A stretch of DNA of 64,000 nucleotides, from the NCBI GenBank assembly GCA_964457775.1, contig CAYWEW010000004.1:24705-88704 (forward strand). The letters run 5' to 3'. Below, piece by piece: positions 21,336 through 30,420 of this stretch (its first letter is position 1; each line of letters begins with the position of its first letter). The position numbers were made by a program, and so were the translations under genes. This stretch comes from an uncultured Candidatus Saccharibacteria bacterium. Lineage in GTDB: Bacteria > Patescibacteriota > Minisyncoccia > Phycocordibacterales > UBA5272. The notes beneath the pieces are model-generated. The model made no database searches, was not told where the DNA came from, and was given only the letters and a program-made list of their open reading frames with translations.

Positions 21336-21352
21336 GCAAATTTTATCCGAAT

Positions 21353-22561
21353 TTACTGAGCTTTAAGAGCGGTCTGGGTGTATTTATTCGAAGGATCCCA
21401 CAGCATCCAGGATTTTATTCCTAAACGTTCACCGGCGCTAATTTGAGCTCTAACCATTTCCGCAGTATAAACCCCTCCCATATCAAAATCTTGATACCAT
21501 GGGCGATATTTTGCCCTTATAGTAGATGTTGACTGTCCTGTACTACTTGCCACTTCATCAGCAATTTCAATACCTAATTTCATGGAATAAGTAATGATTT
21601 CTCCTGGGTGTTGGGCTGGTTTTTGATAGCCTGCTGTTCCTGGATAAAAGTGTGAGGGATATATCATTGGAGCAACATAATCAAAAGTTTGAAGAGCGGC
21701 ATGCATATCTTGTCCAAGCACAGCAATGTCCACTTTTGTAACCATAATAATTCCGAACAAATCCCCTGACACAGGAATACCATCTTTTCTTAATGAGTCA
21801 GTAATATAATGATAAAAATCAGAAATTATAGCAGGCTTGTTTACATGTACCCCTCCTTTACCACTAATTGGAAATGACATGTCAGCTAATGCTCCATCGG
21901 TAGGGAATCTTATGTAGTCCAAATTAACTTCATCAAATCCTCGTGCGTAACTTTCTTTAGAAAGATCTTCAATGTATCTCCACATCTTTCTTGAGCCAGA
22001 GTCTACCCATGGTATGCCTTTATGATCCTTCCAAACTCCTCCCGTTTTTTTTGATAATACTGCTTCTTCTGGATGAAGTTTCACATAAAGCGGATCTTGA
22101 AAGGCAGACACGCGCGCAATAACATAAATATTTTTACTATGAAGCTCATCGATAAATTCGTTTATGTCTCGTGCTCGACCATCCCATGTAATTACTCCAG
22201 TATTATCTTTGACATCAATAACAACTGCGTTTAATTCAGTATCTTCAATCAGCTTCACAAGACGTGAGCGAATAGATGGACTACCAGCAACCCAACTCGA
22301 CATATATACCGCCTTCACATGCTCTGGTGTTTTGATATGAGTAACAATTCTTGGTGTTGTTGTTGCATTAACACTCTTTGAATTATTTTCTTTTTTTGAA
22401 ACACTACCAACAATACTAGAAGAGGTTGTAGCCTTTTCTTCTGCAAGAACATATTCCTCTGTTCCAAAATTCTTTACTATGGAAACATGTTGATACCCAC
22501 TATACATTATCCAAAAAAAAACTAAACTAACTAATGTTATAAACGCCCCGATTATTTTCAT
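21353..22561 (-). CDS. membrane-anchored putative glycoside hydrolase (GHL/DUF4015-type TIM barrel)
   Basis: N-terminal TM anchor. FDEVNLDYIRFP motif typical of GHL families. Confidence 0.5.
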   Translation of the reverse strand: MKIIGAFITLVSLVFFWIMYSGYQHVSIVKNFGTEEYVLAEEKATTSSSIVGSVSKKENNSKSVNATTTPRIVTHIKTPEHVKAVYMSSWVAGSPSIRSRLVKLIEDTELNAVVIDVKDNTGVITWDGRARDINEFIDELHSKNIYVIARVSAFQDPLYVKLHPEEAVLSKKTGGVWKDHKGIPWVDSGSRKMWRYIEDLSKESYARGFDEVNLDYIRFPTDGALADMSFPISGKGGVHVNKPAIISDFYHYITDSLRKDGIPVSGDLFGIIMVTKVDIAVLGQDMHAALQTFDYVAPMIYPSHFYPGTAGYQKPAQHPGEIITYSMKLGIEIADEVASSTGQSTSTIRAKYRPWYQDFDMGGVYTAEMVRAQISAGERLGIKSWMLWDPSNKYTQTALKAQ

Positions 22562-22800
22562 GAATTAACTTTGTGTTCGATTACAGGATTACTTTCTGTT
22601 TCTTGATGATCAGGACTATGCACAACCTTCTTGCGTAAATCGAGTGTACTAATATACAAAAATACACCAGCAATAATAAAAACAACATCTTTAAAAATAC
22701 TTGGGATAAAAATCCAAGGAGATAATACAAGGAGCACTGCAACAAAGCGTTTAATTCCGAGTGGTGACATAGTTAATACAGTATACAGTTTTTGTTTCAT
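22558..22800 (-). CDS. small two-TM membrane protein
   Basis: ATGA overlap with the downstream gene. Start trimmed to MKQKLY to avoid the upstream terminator. Confidence 0.35.
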   Translation of the reverse strand: MKQKLYTVLTMSPLGIKRFVAVLLVLSPWIFIPSIFKDVVFIIAGVFLYISTLDLRKKVVHSPDHQETESNPVIEHKVNS

Positions 22801-22821
22801 AGTTTCCAGTTTTAACAAACA

Positions 22822-22859
22822 TAAAAAGAAAACGAGCAAAACCTTCGGTTTTGCTCGTT
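22822..22859 (-). terminator. Rho-independent terminator
   Basis: AACGAGCAAAACC-gaa-GGTTTTGCTCGTT then TTCTTTTT on the minus strand. Confidence 0.6.
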
Positions 22860-22869
22860 ACAGTACCAA

Positions 22870-23409
22870 TCACGATGTTTCAAAGAGACGACGTTCCCAT
22901 GCATCAATAATCTTCAAACACAAATCACGTGACATGGTTACGCCCCCAGAACGACGACTAACAGAATAACGATTAATAGAAATCCTGTTTACGATAAACC
23001 TAAATTCAGACAAATCTGTTTCATTTGGGAAAATCACATACCCACCCAACCTATCGAAAGTGTCATCATTAGATCTAGCCGACTCCGTTATTGCTATCGG
23101 CAAAACAATTTTCATATGTTGCCCAACTTCACCGACCGGCCACTCACGCTGTTCTCCTTTGTCGCATATAGGCATACGGACATGAAACAATGGCGCCCTT
23201 CTACGCAATTCCTCAAAGGTGCTTGCAAAGTGACAATGCTCCAACGCTTGTAGATTTGGTCCATCTCCAATTGTCCTAACAATAGTGCTTATCTTTTGTG
23301 GAGGAAAAACGGCTTCATACTTTTCTAGATCAAGAAACAACTTCCATTCATCTTTGGGCATACACCCTCCGTTACAAAGAACACCTTTGTAGTAGTGCAA
23401 AGGTAACAC
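22870..23409 (-). CDS. hypothetical protein (179 aa), about 43% GC
   Basis: AAAGGGAAG RBS 7 nt upstream of the ATG. No recognisable motif. Confidence 0.45.
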   Translation of the reverse strand: MLPLHYYKGVLCNGGCMPKDEWKLFLDLEKYEAVFPPQKISTIVRTIGDGPNLQALEHCHFASTFEELRRRAPLFHVRMPICDKGEQREWPVGEVGQHMKIVLPIAITESARSNDDTFDRLGGYVIFPNETDLSEFRFIVNRISINRYSVSRRSGGVTMSRDLCLKIIDAWERRLFETS

Positions 23410-23518
23410 TCTTCTTCCCTTTCGAGACGACCTGGTCCATACGGATACAGGAATTACAACAAATCTAACATAGATAATTTTTAATTTCTAGTATTCTTTT
23501 TTTCAAACAAATAATCTC

Positions 23519-24211
23519 CTAATGTCCCTCAACAATCACCACAAATTCCCCTCTTATATGGTCTTTATTCATTTCAAAATACTTTTTTATTTCTTCAACT
23601 CCACCTCTTATGACTTCCTCGTGCATTTTGGTTAGCTCTCGTGCAATAACAATTTGTCGTTTATCATCAAGATATTTTGCAAGTGACTCAAGTGTCTTTT
23701 CTATACGATGTACTGATTCATAGAAAACTGAAGTCATTTCACTTTCAGTAATTATTTTGAATAATGTCTCACGTCCTTTCTTGTGTGGCAAAAATCCATA
23801 AAATGTAAAATTGGCTGACGATATTCCTGAAGCTGACAATGCTGTAATAAGAGCGGATGCTCCGGGCAAGGCAATCACGTCCACATCTTTCAATTCATTT
23901 CGTACTTTATCAACAAGAAGAACTCCGGGATCAGAAATAGTTGGAGTCCCAGCATCAGACACAAGAGCAATTTGTTTACCCTCTTCTAACATCTCCATGA
24001 TTTTTTCAATATTCTTCACCCCTGTCTGCGCATAAAAAACAGATGTCTTTGTTGTAATATCATATTCCTTAAATAATCTCTGAGTAACTGATGTGTCTTC
24101 ACACAAAACTAAATCGACTTCTTTCAAAATACGAAGTGCTCGAAGTGTTATATCTTCTAGATTACCGATTGGTGTTGGCACAACATACAACTTTCCAAAA
24201 TTGTCATTCAT
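23519..24211 (-). CDS. rsmI: 16S rRNA (cytidine1402-2'-O)-methyltransferase
   Basis: LYVVPTPIGNLEDITLRAL..LVSDAGTPTISDPG. Confidence 0.85.
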   Translation of the reverse strand: MNDNFGKLYVVPTPIGNLEDITLRALRILKEVDLVLCEDTSVTQRLFKEYDITTKTSVFYAQTGVKNIEKIMEMLEEGKQIALVSDAGTPTISDPGVLLVDKVRNELKDVDVIALPGASALITALSASGISSANFTFYGFLPHKKGRETLFKIITESEMTSVFYESVHRIEKTLESLAKYLDDKRQIVIARELTKMHEEVIRGGVEEIKKYFEMNKDHIRGEFVVIVEGH

Positions 24212-24320
24212 AATCGTATCCTATCACACAAAAGAAAAAGTCCCGACATCGCGCCGAGACTTCTGAAATCATGCCCACATTACAAACAAATAATTTATAA
24301 TCACAAACCATGTCCAAAAA

Positions 24321-24656
24321 CTAGAAGTTACCTTCCACTTCAATGGAGTCAATAGAAAAAAGAAATCCCTGCCTATGCTCGCTATACACAACTAGCCAAT
24401 AATTTGGAGGGACACCCTCTTCAAGAGAAATTTTTACAAACAAAAAACTTGCCCCCATTTTGCTTCGTTTCGATTTCAATATTTGTTCCGGCACAAAAAT
24501 CTGAACAGGTTTACTATCCTCTCCGACACAAAAGACCTCTGTCGTGTCCGTCAAATTGGTATGCTGTCTCAAAGTCATAGCTTTCGGACAATCAATAAAA
24601 TGACGAAGGGCTTTAGGTAAGAGCAAAGAGAAATCAAATCCATTGTCCACTTTCAC
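24321..24656 (-). CDS. hypothetical protein (111 aa)
   Basis: ORF only. Confidence 0.3.
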   Translation of the reverse strand: MKVDNGFDFSLLLPKALRHFIDCPKAMTLRQHTNLTDTTEVFCVGEDSKPVQIFVPEQILKSKRSKMGASFLFVKISLEEGVPPNYWLVVYSEHRQGFLFSIDSIEVEGNF

Positions 24657-24743
24657 TTCACTTCCCCTTTATTTCAAAAGAACAACAAAATCAATATAGA
24701 TTTGGAAGTTTATATATTAGCACAAATAACAATACGTACAAAT

Positions 24744-25748
24744 TTATTCCACAAAATTTACTTCTCTTTCTAATCGAATACCTGTATCTTGTTCTATCTT
24801 TTGTACAATCATTCCAGAAAATAAAATCACATCCTGATAAGTTGCATTCCCGTAATTCACAATTACAAGAGGTTGATTAGGCCATGTTCCGACATCGCCC
24901 ACGCGTACACCTTTCATTTGTGCTATATGTTCTATAAGCCAAGCTGCAGGAATTTTATATCCACCTTCAGTTTCATGAAGTGGAATGTCTTCATATTTAT
25001 TTCTTAATGATTCTCCTTTTTCTTTTGTAATTATAGGATTTTTAAAAAATGACCCCGTGTTCGGATAAACATTATAATCAGGTAATTTTTCTTTTCTAGT
25101 TTTGATAACAAGTTCTCTAACTTCTTTTGGGTTAATATTTTCTTTTCCAATTAAAATGTCTAATGGTTTATATGTAAGGATTGGATTTGAAATTTTTGAA
25201 AGTTTTATTGTAACAGAAGTAATCACATATCTCCCTTTCTCTTCTTTAAAAATTGAACTACGATAACCAAAATTGCACTGTTCATTTAATAATTCCATAA
25301 AATCATCTGTGACCGTGTCGTATACTCGTAAAGAAATAAGCGTGTCCTTCAATTCACTTCCGTATGCACCAATGTTTTGTACAGGGGCCGCCCCTACTGT
25401 ACCTGGAATGTATGATAGATTTTCTATTCCCCACCAATCTTTACTAACTACATAATCAACAATATCGTCCCATGTTTCACCTGCTCCAATTACAAGCAAA
25501 ACATTATTATCTGATTCCTTAACGTATGTTCCTTTTATTTCCATTTTCAAAAAAAGCACATTCTGAATTGTGTCATTAAAAAAAGAGTTAGTCCCTTCAC
25601 CCAAAACAGATACTTTTATATTACGAGCTTTTGCACATGAAAAAGCTTCACGAAGTTTTTCTTCAGTATCAACAACAACAAGATTTGCCTCACCTCCTAT
25701 ACGAAGTGAGGAGTAATCCTTCATTAATACTTTTTGTATATCTTTCAT
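24744..25748 (-). CDS. murB: UDP-N-acetylenolpyruvoylglucosamine reductase
   Basis: FAD-binding N-terminus, GSFFKNP and AAWLIE motifs. Confidence 0.85.
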   Translation of the reverse strand: MKDIQKVLMKDYSSLRIGGEANLVVVDTEEKLREAFSCAKARNIKVSVLGEGTNSFFNDTIQNVLFLKMEIKGTYVKESDNNVLLVIGAGETWDDIVDYVVSKDWWGIENLSYIPGTVGAAPVQNIGAYGSELKDTLISLRVYDTVTDDFMELLNEQCNFGYRSSIFKEEKGRYVITSVTIKLSKISNPILTYKPLDILIGKENINPKEVRELVIKTRKEKLPDYNVYPNTGSFFKNPIITKEKGESLRNKYEDIPLHETEGGYKIPAAWLIEHIAQMKGVRVGDVGTWPNQPLVIVNYGNATYQDVILFSGMIVQKIEQDTGIRLEREVNFVE

Positions 25749-25770
25749 TAATTACTTTGTAGTATATAAC

Positions 25771-25800
25771 AAAACCCGAATCAATTAATTCGGGCTTTGT
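25771..25800 (-). terminator. Rho-independent terminator between the tRNA locus and murB
   Basis: CCCGAAT-caattaa-ATTCGGG flanked by A- and T-runs (works on either strand). Confidence 0.5.
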
Positions 25801-25806
25801 TATTTT

Positions 25807-25903
25807 GTGCGCGGTCCTGGATTCGCCTCTCGCATTGCTATGCTCGAAACCTACGTCCTCTCTTCGAGGACTGCGGCCCGCGGTTCGAATCCAGGACCGC
25901 ATT
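25807..25903 (-). repeat. tRNA-trailing structured element, degenerate copy A
   Basis: 15-bp terminal inverted repeat GCGGTCCTGGATTCG...CGAATCCAGGACCGC (acceptor-like plus T-stem-like). Internal GTCCTC-tcttc-GAGGAC hairpin. Not a canonical tRNA. Confidence 0.4.
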
Positions 25904-25940
25904 AAAAATAAAAAGGTGGCAGGGGTCATTTTCATCATCT

Positions 25941-26068
25941 TTTTATTGCTGTGCGCGAACCAAGATTCGGTCACCTCGTCTCGTTTCAAGATTACTTGAA
26001 ACAGGAGACTCCTCGACCCCTATTCGAATCTTGATGGAAATGACGCAGGTCATTTCCTGTTCGCGCAC
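25941..26068 (-). repeat. tRNA-trailing structured element, copy B (downstream of tRNA-Ile)
   Basis: The acceptor strands GCGCGAA/TTCGCGC are identical to tRNA-Ile. H1 hairpin GGAAATGAC-CTGC-GTCATTTCC. P1 CAAGATTCG/CGAATCTTG encloses AATAGGGGTCGAGGAG and a TTTCAAG-taat-CTTGAAA hairpin. Confidence 0.55.
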
Positions 26069-26113
26069 AGAATACAAAAAGCTAAGGATACTTCCTTAGC
26101 TTTTTGTATTCTG

Positions 26114-26186
26114 TGCGCGAACCAAGATTCGAACTTGGGACCGCTCGAGTATCAGTCGAGTGCTCTACCAGCTGAGCTATTCGCGC
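26114..26186 (-). tRNA. tRNA-Ile (anticodon GAT)
   Basis: Manual fold. Acceptor GCGCGAA/TTCGCGC, D-arm GCTC-AGCTGGTA-GAGC, anticodon loop CTGATAC, T-arm CCAAG-TTCGAAT-CTTGG, discriminator A. Confidence 0.8.
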
Positions 26187-26341
26187 CTATTTTATTTTAC
26201 TACCTACACACTATGTGCACGTTTTAATATAAGCTACCAGCCGGGTCGTCCGTCTGCTGACTCCCTACATCTTCGAAGCCAAGCTTCTCGAGCTACCCAC
26301 GCTTATGTTACAAAATACTAACATAAAAAATAGCATAAGAA

Positions 26342-26371
26342 AAGCCGACATCGTTTGCACGATGCCGGCTT
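26342..26371 (-). terminator. Rho-independent terminator
   Basis: AAGCCGaCATCG-tttgca-CGATGCCGGCTT with a T-run on the minus strand. Confidence 0.5.
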
Positions 26372-26390
26372 TGATAGATTTGACATAGAT

Positions 26391-26759
26391 TCAATAAAAC
26401 AACCTATCCCAAACCCCCTTCACGAGGAAACGTTTCAGTTTGTCGTTCGGTCGAATGGAAATTAATCCGACAAACAAAAGAAACAGGAATCCAAAAGTGA
26501 TGCAATATCCGTACAGGTAGATCTCACTAACTTGTTGCATCATCATCCTTGAATCAGCGATTGAGAACCACATACCTACGACGATTACCATCGAGATGAG
26601 AACAACGATTATCGCGAAGTTATTAATAATTAGGTCTCTCCTTACCGCTTTAGTTTCAGCGCAAAACACATAGGAATCACTAGCTTTTTTGATGTACAAT
26701 TTTGTCCCCTTGTGAGTTAATCCGCAGTAAACTATATCACATATTGTGTCATGAGTCAA
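26391..26759 (-). CDS. hypothetical membrane protein (122 aa)
   Basis: Two hydrophobic segments. Confidence 0.35.
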   Translation of the reverse strand: MTHDTICDIVYCGLTHKGTKLYIKKASDSYVFCAETKAVRRDLIINNFAIIVVLISMVIVVGMWFSIADSRMMMQQVSEIYLYGYCITFGFLFLLFVGLISIRPNDKLKRFLVKGVWDRLFY

Positions 26760-26850
26760 GTATTGATTCTGATATACTTTTGCAAAAACAAAAAATACCC
26801 AGTAATGGGTATTTTTTAAAACACTCTACTACAAATTTTAATTTGCAAAA

Positions 26851-27321
26851 TTACCAAGCAAAATGCGCAAAGGCTTTGTTAGACTCTGCCATTCTATGTG
26901 TATCTTCCTTCTTCTTCACAGCACTTCCTTCGTTATTTGCTGCAGCCATAAGCTCATCAGCTAACTTAAGACGCATTGCCTTTCCTTTCTTTGCATTAGC
27001 TGCATCAAGAATCCAACGTAATGCGAGCATGAAACGACGATCTTCACGAACTTCGCGAGGAACTTGGTAGTTTGCTCCACCGATACGACGTGAACGTACT
27101 TCTGTAACTGGTCCAGCATTACGAAGAGCTGCTTCAAAAGTTTCCATAGGATCCTCGATTTTAAGCTTTTCCTTAATAACATCAAAAGCACCGTACACAA
27201 TATCACGTGCTGTGTTTTTCTTTCCACCCTCCATCACATAGTTAATAAACTTAGATACTTTAAGTGAATTATACTTAGCATCTGGCCCAACCATATTTCG
27301 ATTTTTAACTTTTCTACGCAT
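26851..27321 (-). CDS. rpsG: 30S ribosomal protein S7
   Basis: Full-length match, including [12 protein letters not shown] and [13 protein letters not shown]. Confidence 0.9.
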   Translation of the reverse strand: MRRKVKNRNMVGPDAKYNSLKVSKFINYVMEGGKKNTARDIVYGAFDVIKEKLKIEDPMETFEAALRNAGPVTEVRSRRIGGANYQVPREVREDRRFMLALRWILDAANAKKGKAMRLKLADELMAAANNEGSAVKKKEDTHRMAESNKAFAHFAW

Positions 27322-27545
27322 GTATTTAGTTGCCGTTGATCGTTAGGACGTTATTCGTTAGTCGTACAAAATACTTTACCAGTATTACATGTATTCCCTA
27401 ACGAAGAACGAACAACTAAGAACGGGGTTCTTGTGTTTTCCGTTCCCCGAAGCAATGGGTACTTCACAAGTGTTTAATTTCAGTAAGTGCTTCAATACTT
27501 GATAAACAAGTGCTATGTATACTACAACAAAATCACCAAAAAAGC

Positions 27546-27572
27546 AAAAGCTCGACCTTTGGTTGCGCTTTT
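27546..27572 (-). terminator. Rho-independent terminator after the YiiX-like gene
   Basis: AAAAGCTCGACC-ttt-GGTTGCGCTTTT followed by TTTTTTGG on the minus strand. Confidence 0.45.
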
Positions 27573-27573
27573 C

Positions 27574-27598
27574 TTTTACTTCTTTGCTATTACTCCTG
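27574..27598. repeat. 25-nt direct repeat DR1 (copy of the rpsL 3' end)
   Basis: ttttacttctttgctattactcctg matches ttttacttctttgctactgctcctg at 30841-30865 at 23 of 25 positions. Confidence 0.6.
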
Positions 27599-29377
27599 TA
27601 ATGTTGAATACTTCGGACGATTAAGAGTGGTTATAAAATCTTTAACGTCAGCACTGAAGGCTTGTTTTGTTGTTTCACTTGCGTCCAAAAAATACACAAA
27701 TTCTGTCTCTTTTGTCGGAGTATCGAATTCACTCACGAATTTTTCGACAATAGCATTCGGGGTAACAATTGTTCTTCCAGAAATAATCGCCTTCGGGAAA
27801 GTTACTCCGCCATTTTTACTTGTCTTAAAATATGCATCATATACAAGTTCGGAACAATATATTTCATTTTTTGTGTCCAAATCAAATGCATAATCATAAG
27901 GCTGACCATAATGTCCAAAAGCAGTTATTAATGCTTCCAGTTTTTCTTGTTTTGTTAATCTTGTTCTTGTGACCGCAACATAATCCACTGAAGCAGAACT
28001 TTCAACTGACTGAATTAGTGTCCCGTGTGTTTGGCTTTCTACAACCGAAGGAGAAAATCCTTTTTCATCCTTTTCACTCAAAACTTTATAAGCTTTTGGA
28101 TTTTCTGATTGTAGTAACATACTCATAGAAGAATATCCTCGATATGGGAAAACTTCTTCGAAGAAATTATCCATATCTTCTAAACTTCCAGTGTACATAC
28201 CTGCATGTGTCCAAAATCCTGGAATACCCAAGTTACTTGCATACCAATTCTTACGATAGACCATAATATCTCCAGGCTCCATTAACTTTTTCATCTCCTC
28301 GATTTGTTCTATTGTAATAAACTTCGAGGTTCTGTCACCAACATGTATATTACCTATCTTGTCTGTAATTACTGTCTTTTGAATTGGAAGCCACGTCTCA
28401 AATGCTTTTCTATCAAATAAGTTTTTATATACGACACTTCTGTGTGTAATTTGAGAAAATGCATTCTTAAAAATGTAATCATAACTTGTGCGAGAAACCT
28501 CAAGAAGTGACGCGTAGTTTGGTGAAACATATGTACTGTCTTCTGGTACTTTCAACTGATAATAAAGATAACCCAAGTTTCTTCTAAGGAAAGAATTTGA
28601 TGCGAAGAATCTAGCAGTAACATCATCATACAAAAAACCAGCACCTAAAGTGTCACTATATTCATTGAAAATTTTTATAGCAACAGGATTTTCACTAGCC
28701 TTCGAAATCACTTTATGGAAAATTTCAAATTTCTTAATATACAGTGAATAAGCAATGATAAATGACTGTGTGTGAGTTTCTTTGTTGTTAAACATAGAGA
28801 TTTGGTGGAAATACCTATGTCTATCTGTCATTTCTTCGGTCTCTATCGACGCAACAAGAAAAGACTCCCAATCACGCTTAAGTGACAATCCTTCTTCATA
28901 AGAAAGTTCGTTTTTTAAAATACCAGGATTCATTAAAAGCTTTTCTCCTGAAAGAATTAACTTGTCCAAAAGAACGGCAGCAACTTCAACATCTTCTTGT
29001 ACAATTTCTATTTGTTGTTCAGTTGTAAGTGGAGAAAAAACTTCCTTTTCATTTGGTATAACACTAGAAACCACATACCAAATAACAACAATAAATATTA
29101 GTACGGAGATAGCAATCTTGTGTCCTTTGGTAATTTTCTTTGTTGTATTAATGTATTTTTGTAAACTTTTACTAGTCCCATAATTAACAAAAATATTTTT
29201 AATTTTACGATAAACCACGTACAAAATCCCTAATGATATTACAACATGAAGAGGATCGAGTAGTTTTGTTACATAAGCAAATAGTGCAACTATAAGTAAC
29301 AAGACAATCGATATAATATTTATTAATAAACTAAACACACCTACAGATTGCTTGTTACTAGTATTTTTTTGTTTCAT
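27590..29377 (-). CDS. membrane-anchored protein with C-terminal YiiX/DUF830-like permuted papain-fold hydrolase domain
   Basis: N-terminal TM helices. C-terminal PGDIMVYRKN...FWTHAGMY...GQPYDYAFDLDTKNEIYCSELVYDAY (His and Cys motifs). Confidence 0.5.
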   Translation of the reverse strand: MKQKNTSNKQSVGVFSLLINIISIVLLLIVALFAYVTKLLDPLHVVISLGILYVVYRKIKNIFVNYGTSKSLQKYINTTKKITKGHKIAISVLIFIVVIWYVVSSVIPNEKEVFSPLTTEQQIEIVQEDVEVAAVLLDKLILSGEKLLMNPGILKNELSYEEGLSLKRDWESFLVASIETEEMTDRHRYFHQISMFNNKETHTQSFIIAYSLYIKKFEIFHKVISKASENPVAIKIFNEYSDTLGAGFLYDDVTARFFASNSFLRRNLGYLYYQLKVPEDSTYVSPNYASLLEVSRTSYDYIFKNAFSQITHRSVVYKNLFDRKAFETWLPIQKTVITDKIGNIHVGDRTSKFITIEQIEEMKKLMEPGDIMVYRKNWYASNLGIPGFWTHAGMYTGSLEDMDNFFEEVFPYRGYSSMSMLLQSENPKAYKVLSEKDEKGFSPSVVESQTHGTLIQSVESSASVDYVAVTRTRLTKQEKLEALITAFGHYGQPYDYAFDLDTKNEIYCSELVYDAYFKTSKNGGVTFPKAIISGRTIVTPNAIVEKFVSEFDTPTKETEFVYFLDASETTKQAFSADVKDFITTLNRPKYSTLQE

Positions 29378-29445
29378 ATTCTATTAAGTATGTCATTCAT
29401 TACTGACCATTACCATAGAGAAATACACAATTGGAGGGAAATAAC

Positions 29446-30351
29446 CTATTCCTTAAGATTCATAACTACCATCGCATGATCACTTCCAATAATTTCTTCA
29501 TCTAATGGTATATTGCTGTAACATTTTAAATCTTGATTAAGTACCGATACATTATCTATTAAATTAGATATTTCCTTAGATACAACCATGGTGTCAAATG
29601 TAAGTGGATTATTATCATGTATATGCGTCGTTAGATTCCCTTTATAACCGATTAGGACATCTAGTAACACCTTACTCTCTTCATTGCTTGCTTTCAGGAT
29701 ATCAAAACCACTACTATTATTATGTTCATTAAAATCACCGAGTAAAATAATTTCCCTCTTTTCATCGAGAGTCTTATCTGCAAAGGCTCTCAGCCCTCTC
29801 ATCTCCATTAATTTATAAAAAATACACCTAAACTTCGCATCTGTATATATTTGTTGACTAGAATTATAATCTTGTCCTTCCAAAAACATTGGCAGAAAGC
29901 TCTTTAAGTGGAAAGTGACTATTCTTAATTTTTTGCCACGATAACTATCTATATCAATTACAAGAATATCTCTTCTTTGTTTTATAGGTAATAAGTTATT
30001 TGTATCACCAATCTCTTGAATACTTGGTATAAATAAATCACCCAAAGAAACACTTTTGCAAGTAATATTTTGGGTTAGTGATTTTTTATACATAACAGCC
30101 ATACGAATTCCACGACTATTTGGCTTTGCAAAAAAACAATTATACCCAAGTTCTTCACTGATTATTGATACACCTTTTTCTCCTCCAACTTCTTGAAGAC
30201 ATATAATATCTAAGTCTTCTTTTTTAAATATTTCCTTAAAATAAGTAATTCGCTTGTTAAAAAACTCTTCATGGACCACATCTTCTGCCTCATCATCAAT
30301 TCGTGTCCCTGCATCATAAAAGTTCCTAAGATTATACGTCGCTATCTTCAT
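29446..30351 (-). CDS. endonuclease/exonuclease/phosphatase (EEP) family protein
   Basis: ATYNLRN, ICLQEV, LLGDFN and GSDHAMV motifs. Confidence 0.7.
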   Translation of the reverse strand: MKIATYNLRNFYDAGTRIDDEAEDVVHEEFFNKRITYFKEIFKKEDLDIICLQEVGGEKGVSIISEELGYNCFFAKPNSRGIRMAVMYKKSLTQNITCKSVSLGDLFIPSIQEIGDTNNLLPIKQRRDILVIDIDSYRGKKLRIVTFHLKSFLPMFLEGQDYNSSQQIYTDAKFRCIFYKLMEMRGLRAFADKTLDEKREIILLGDFNEHNNSSGFDILKASNEESKVLLDVLIGYKGNLTTHIHDNNPLTFDTMVVSKEISNLIDNVSVLNQDLKCYSNIPLDEEIIGSDHAMVVMNLKE

Positions 30352-30373
30352 ATAGAGAATTGTAACATGGCAA

Positions 30374-30405
30374 CAAAAATGCGCGACACTTGGTCGCGCT
30401 TTTTG
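30374..30405 (-). terminator. Rho-independent terminator (GCGCGAC...GTCGCGC family)
   Basis: GCGCGAC-acttg-GTCGCGC with T-runs on both sides. Confidence 0.55.
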
Positions 30406-30420
30406 AATTTTAGTTTTACT

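Noticed and set aside
25807-25903. Possible additional tRNA gene (T-loop-like GGTTCGAATCC and a 7-bp acceptor-like stem)
   Set aside because: No D-arm or anticodon arm can be drawn on either strand. The T-loop motif occurs as a self-complementary palindrome at both ends. Treated as a degenerate member of the tRNA-trailing element family.
25941-26068. Possible intron-containing or long-variable-arm tRNA sharing the tRNA-Ile acceptor stem
   Set aside because: U8, D-arm and a 7-nt anticodon loop are absent. The region folds as acceptor plus CTGC hairpin plus extended T-arm only.
26228-26295. GC-rich stretch with consecutive 6-bp palindromes CTCGAG, AAGCTT and TTCGAA upstream of tRNA-Ile
   Set aside because: Could be promoter-proximal structure or chance. 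No second copy and no ORF. Insufficient evidence for a call.
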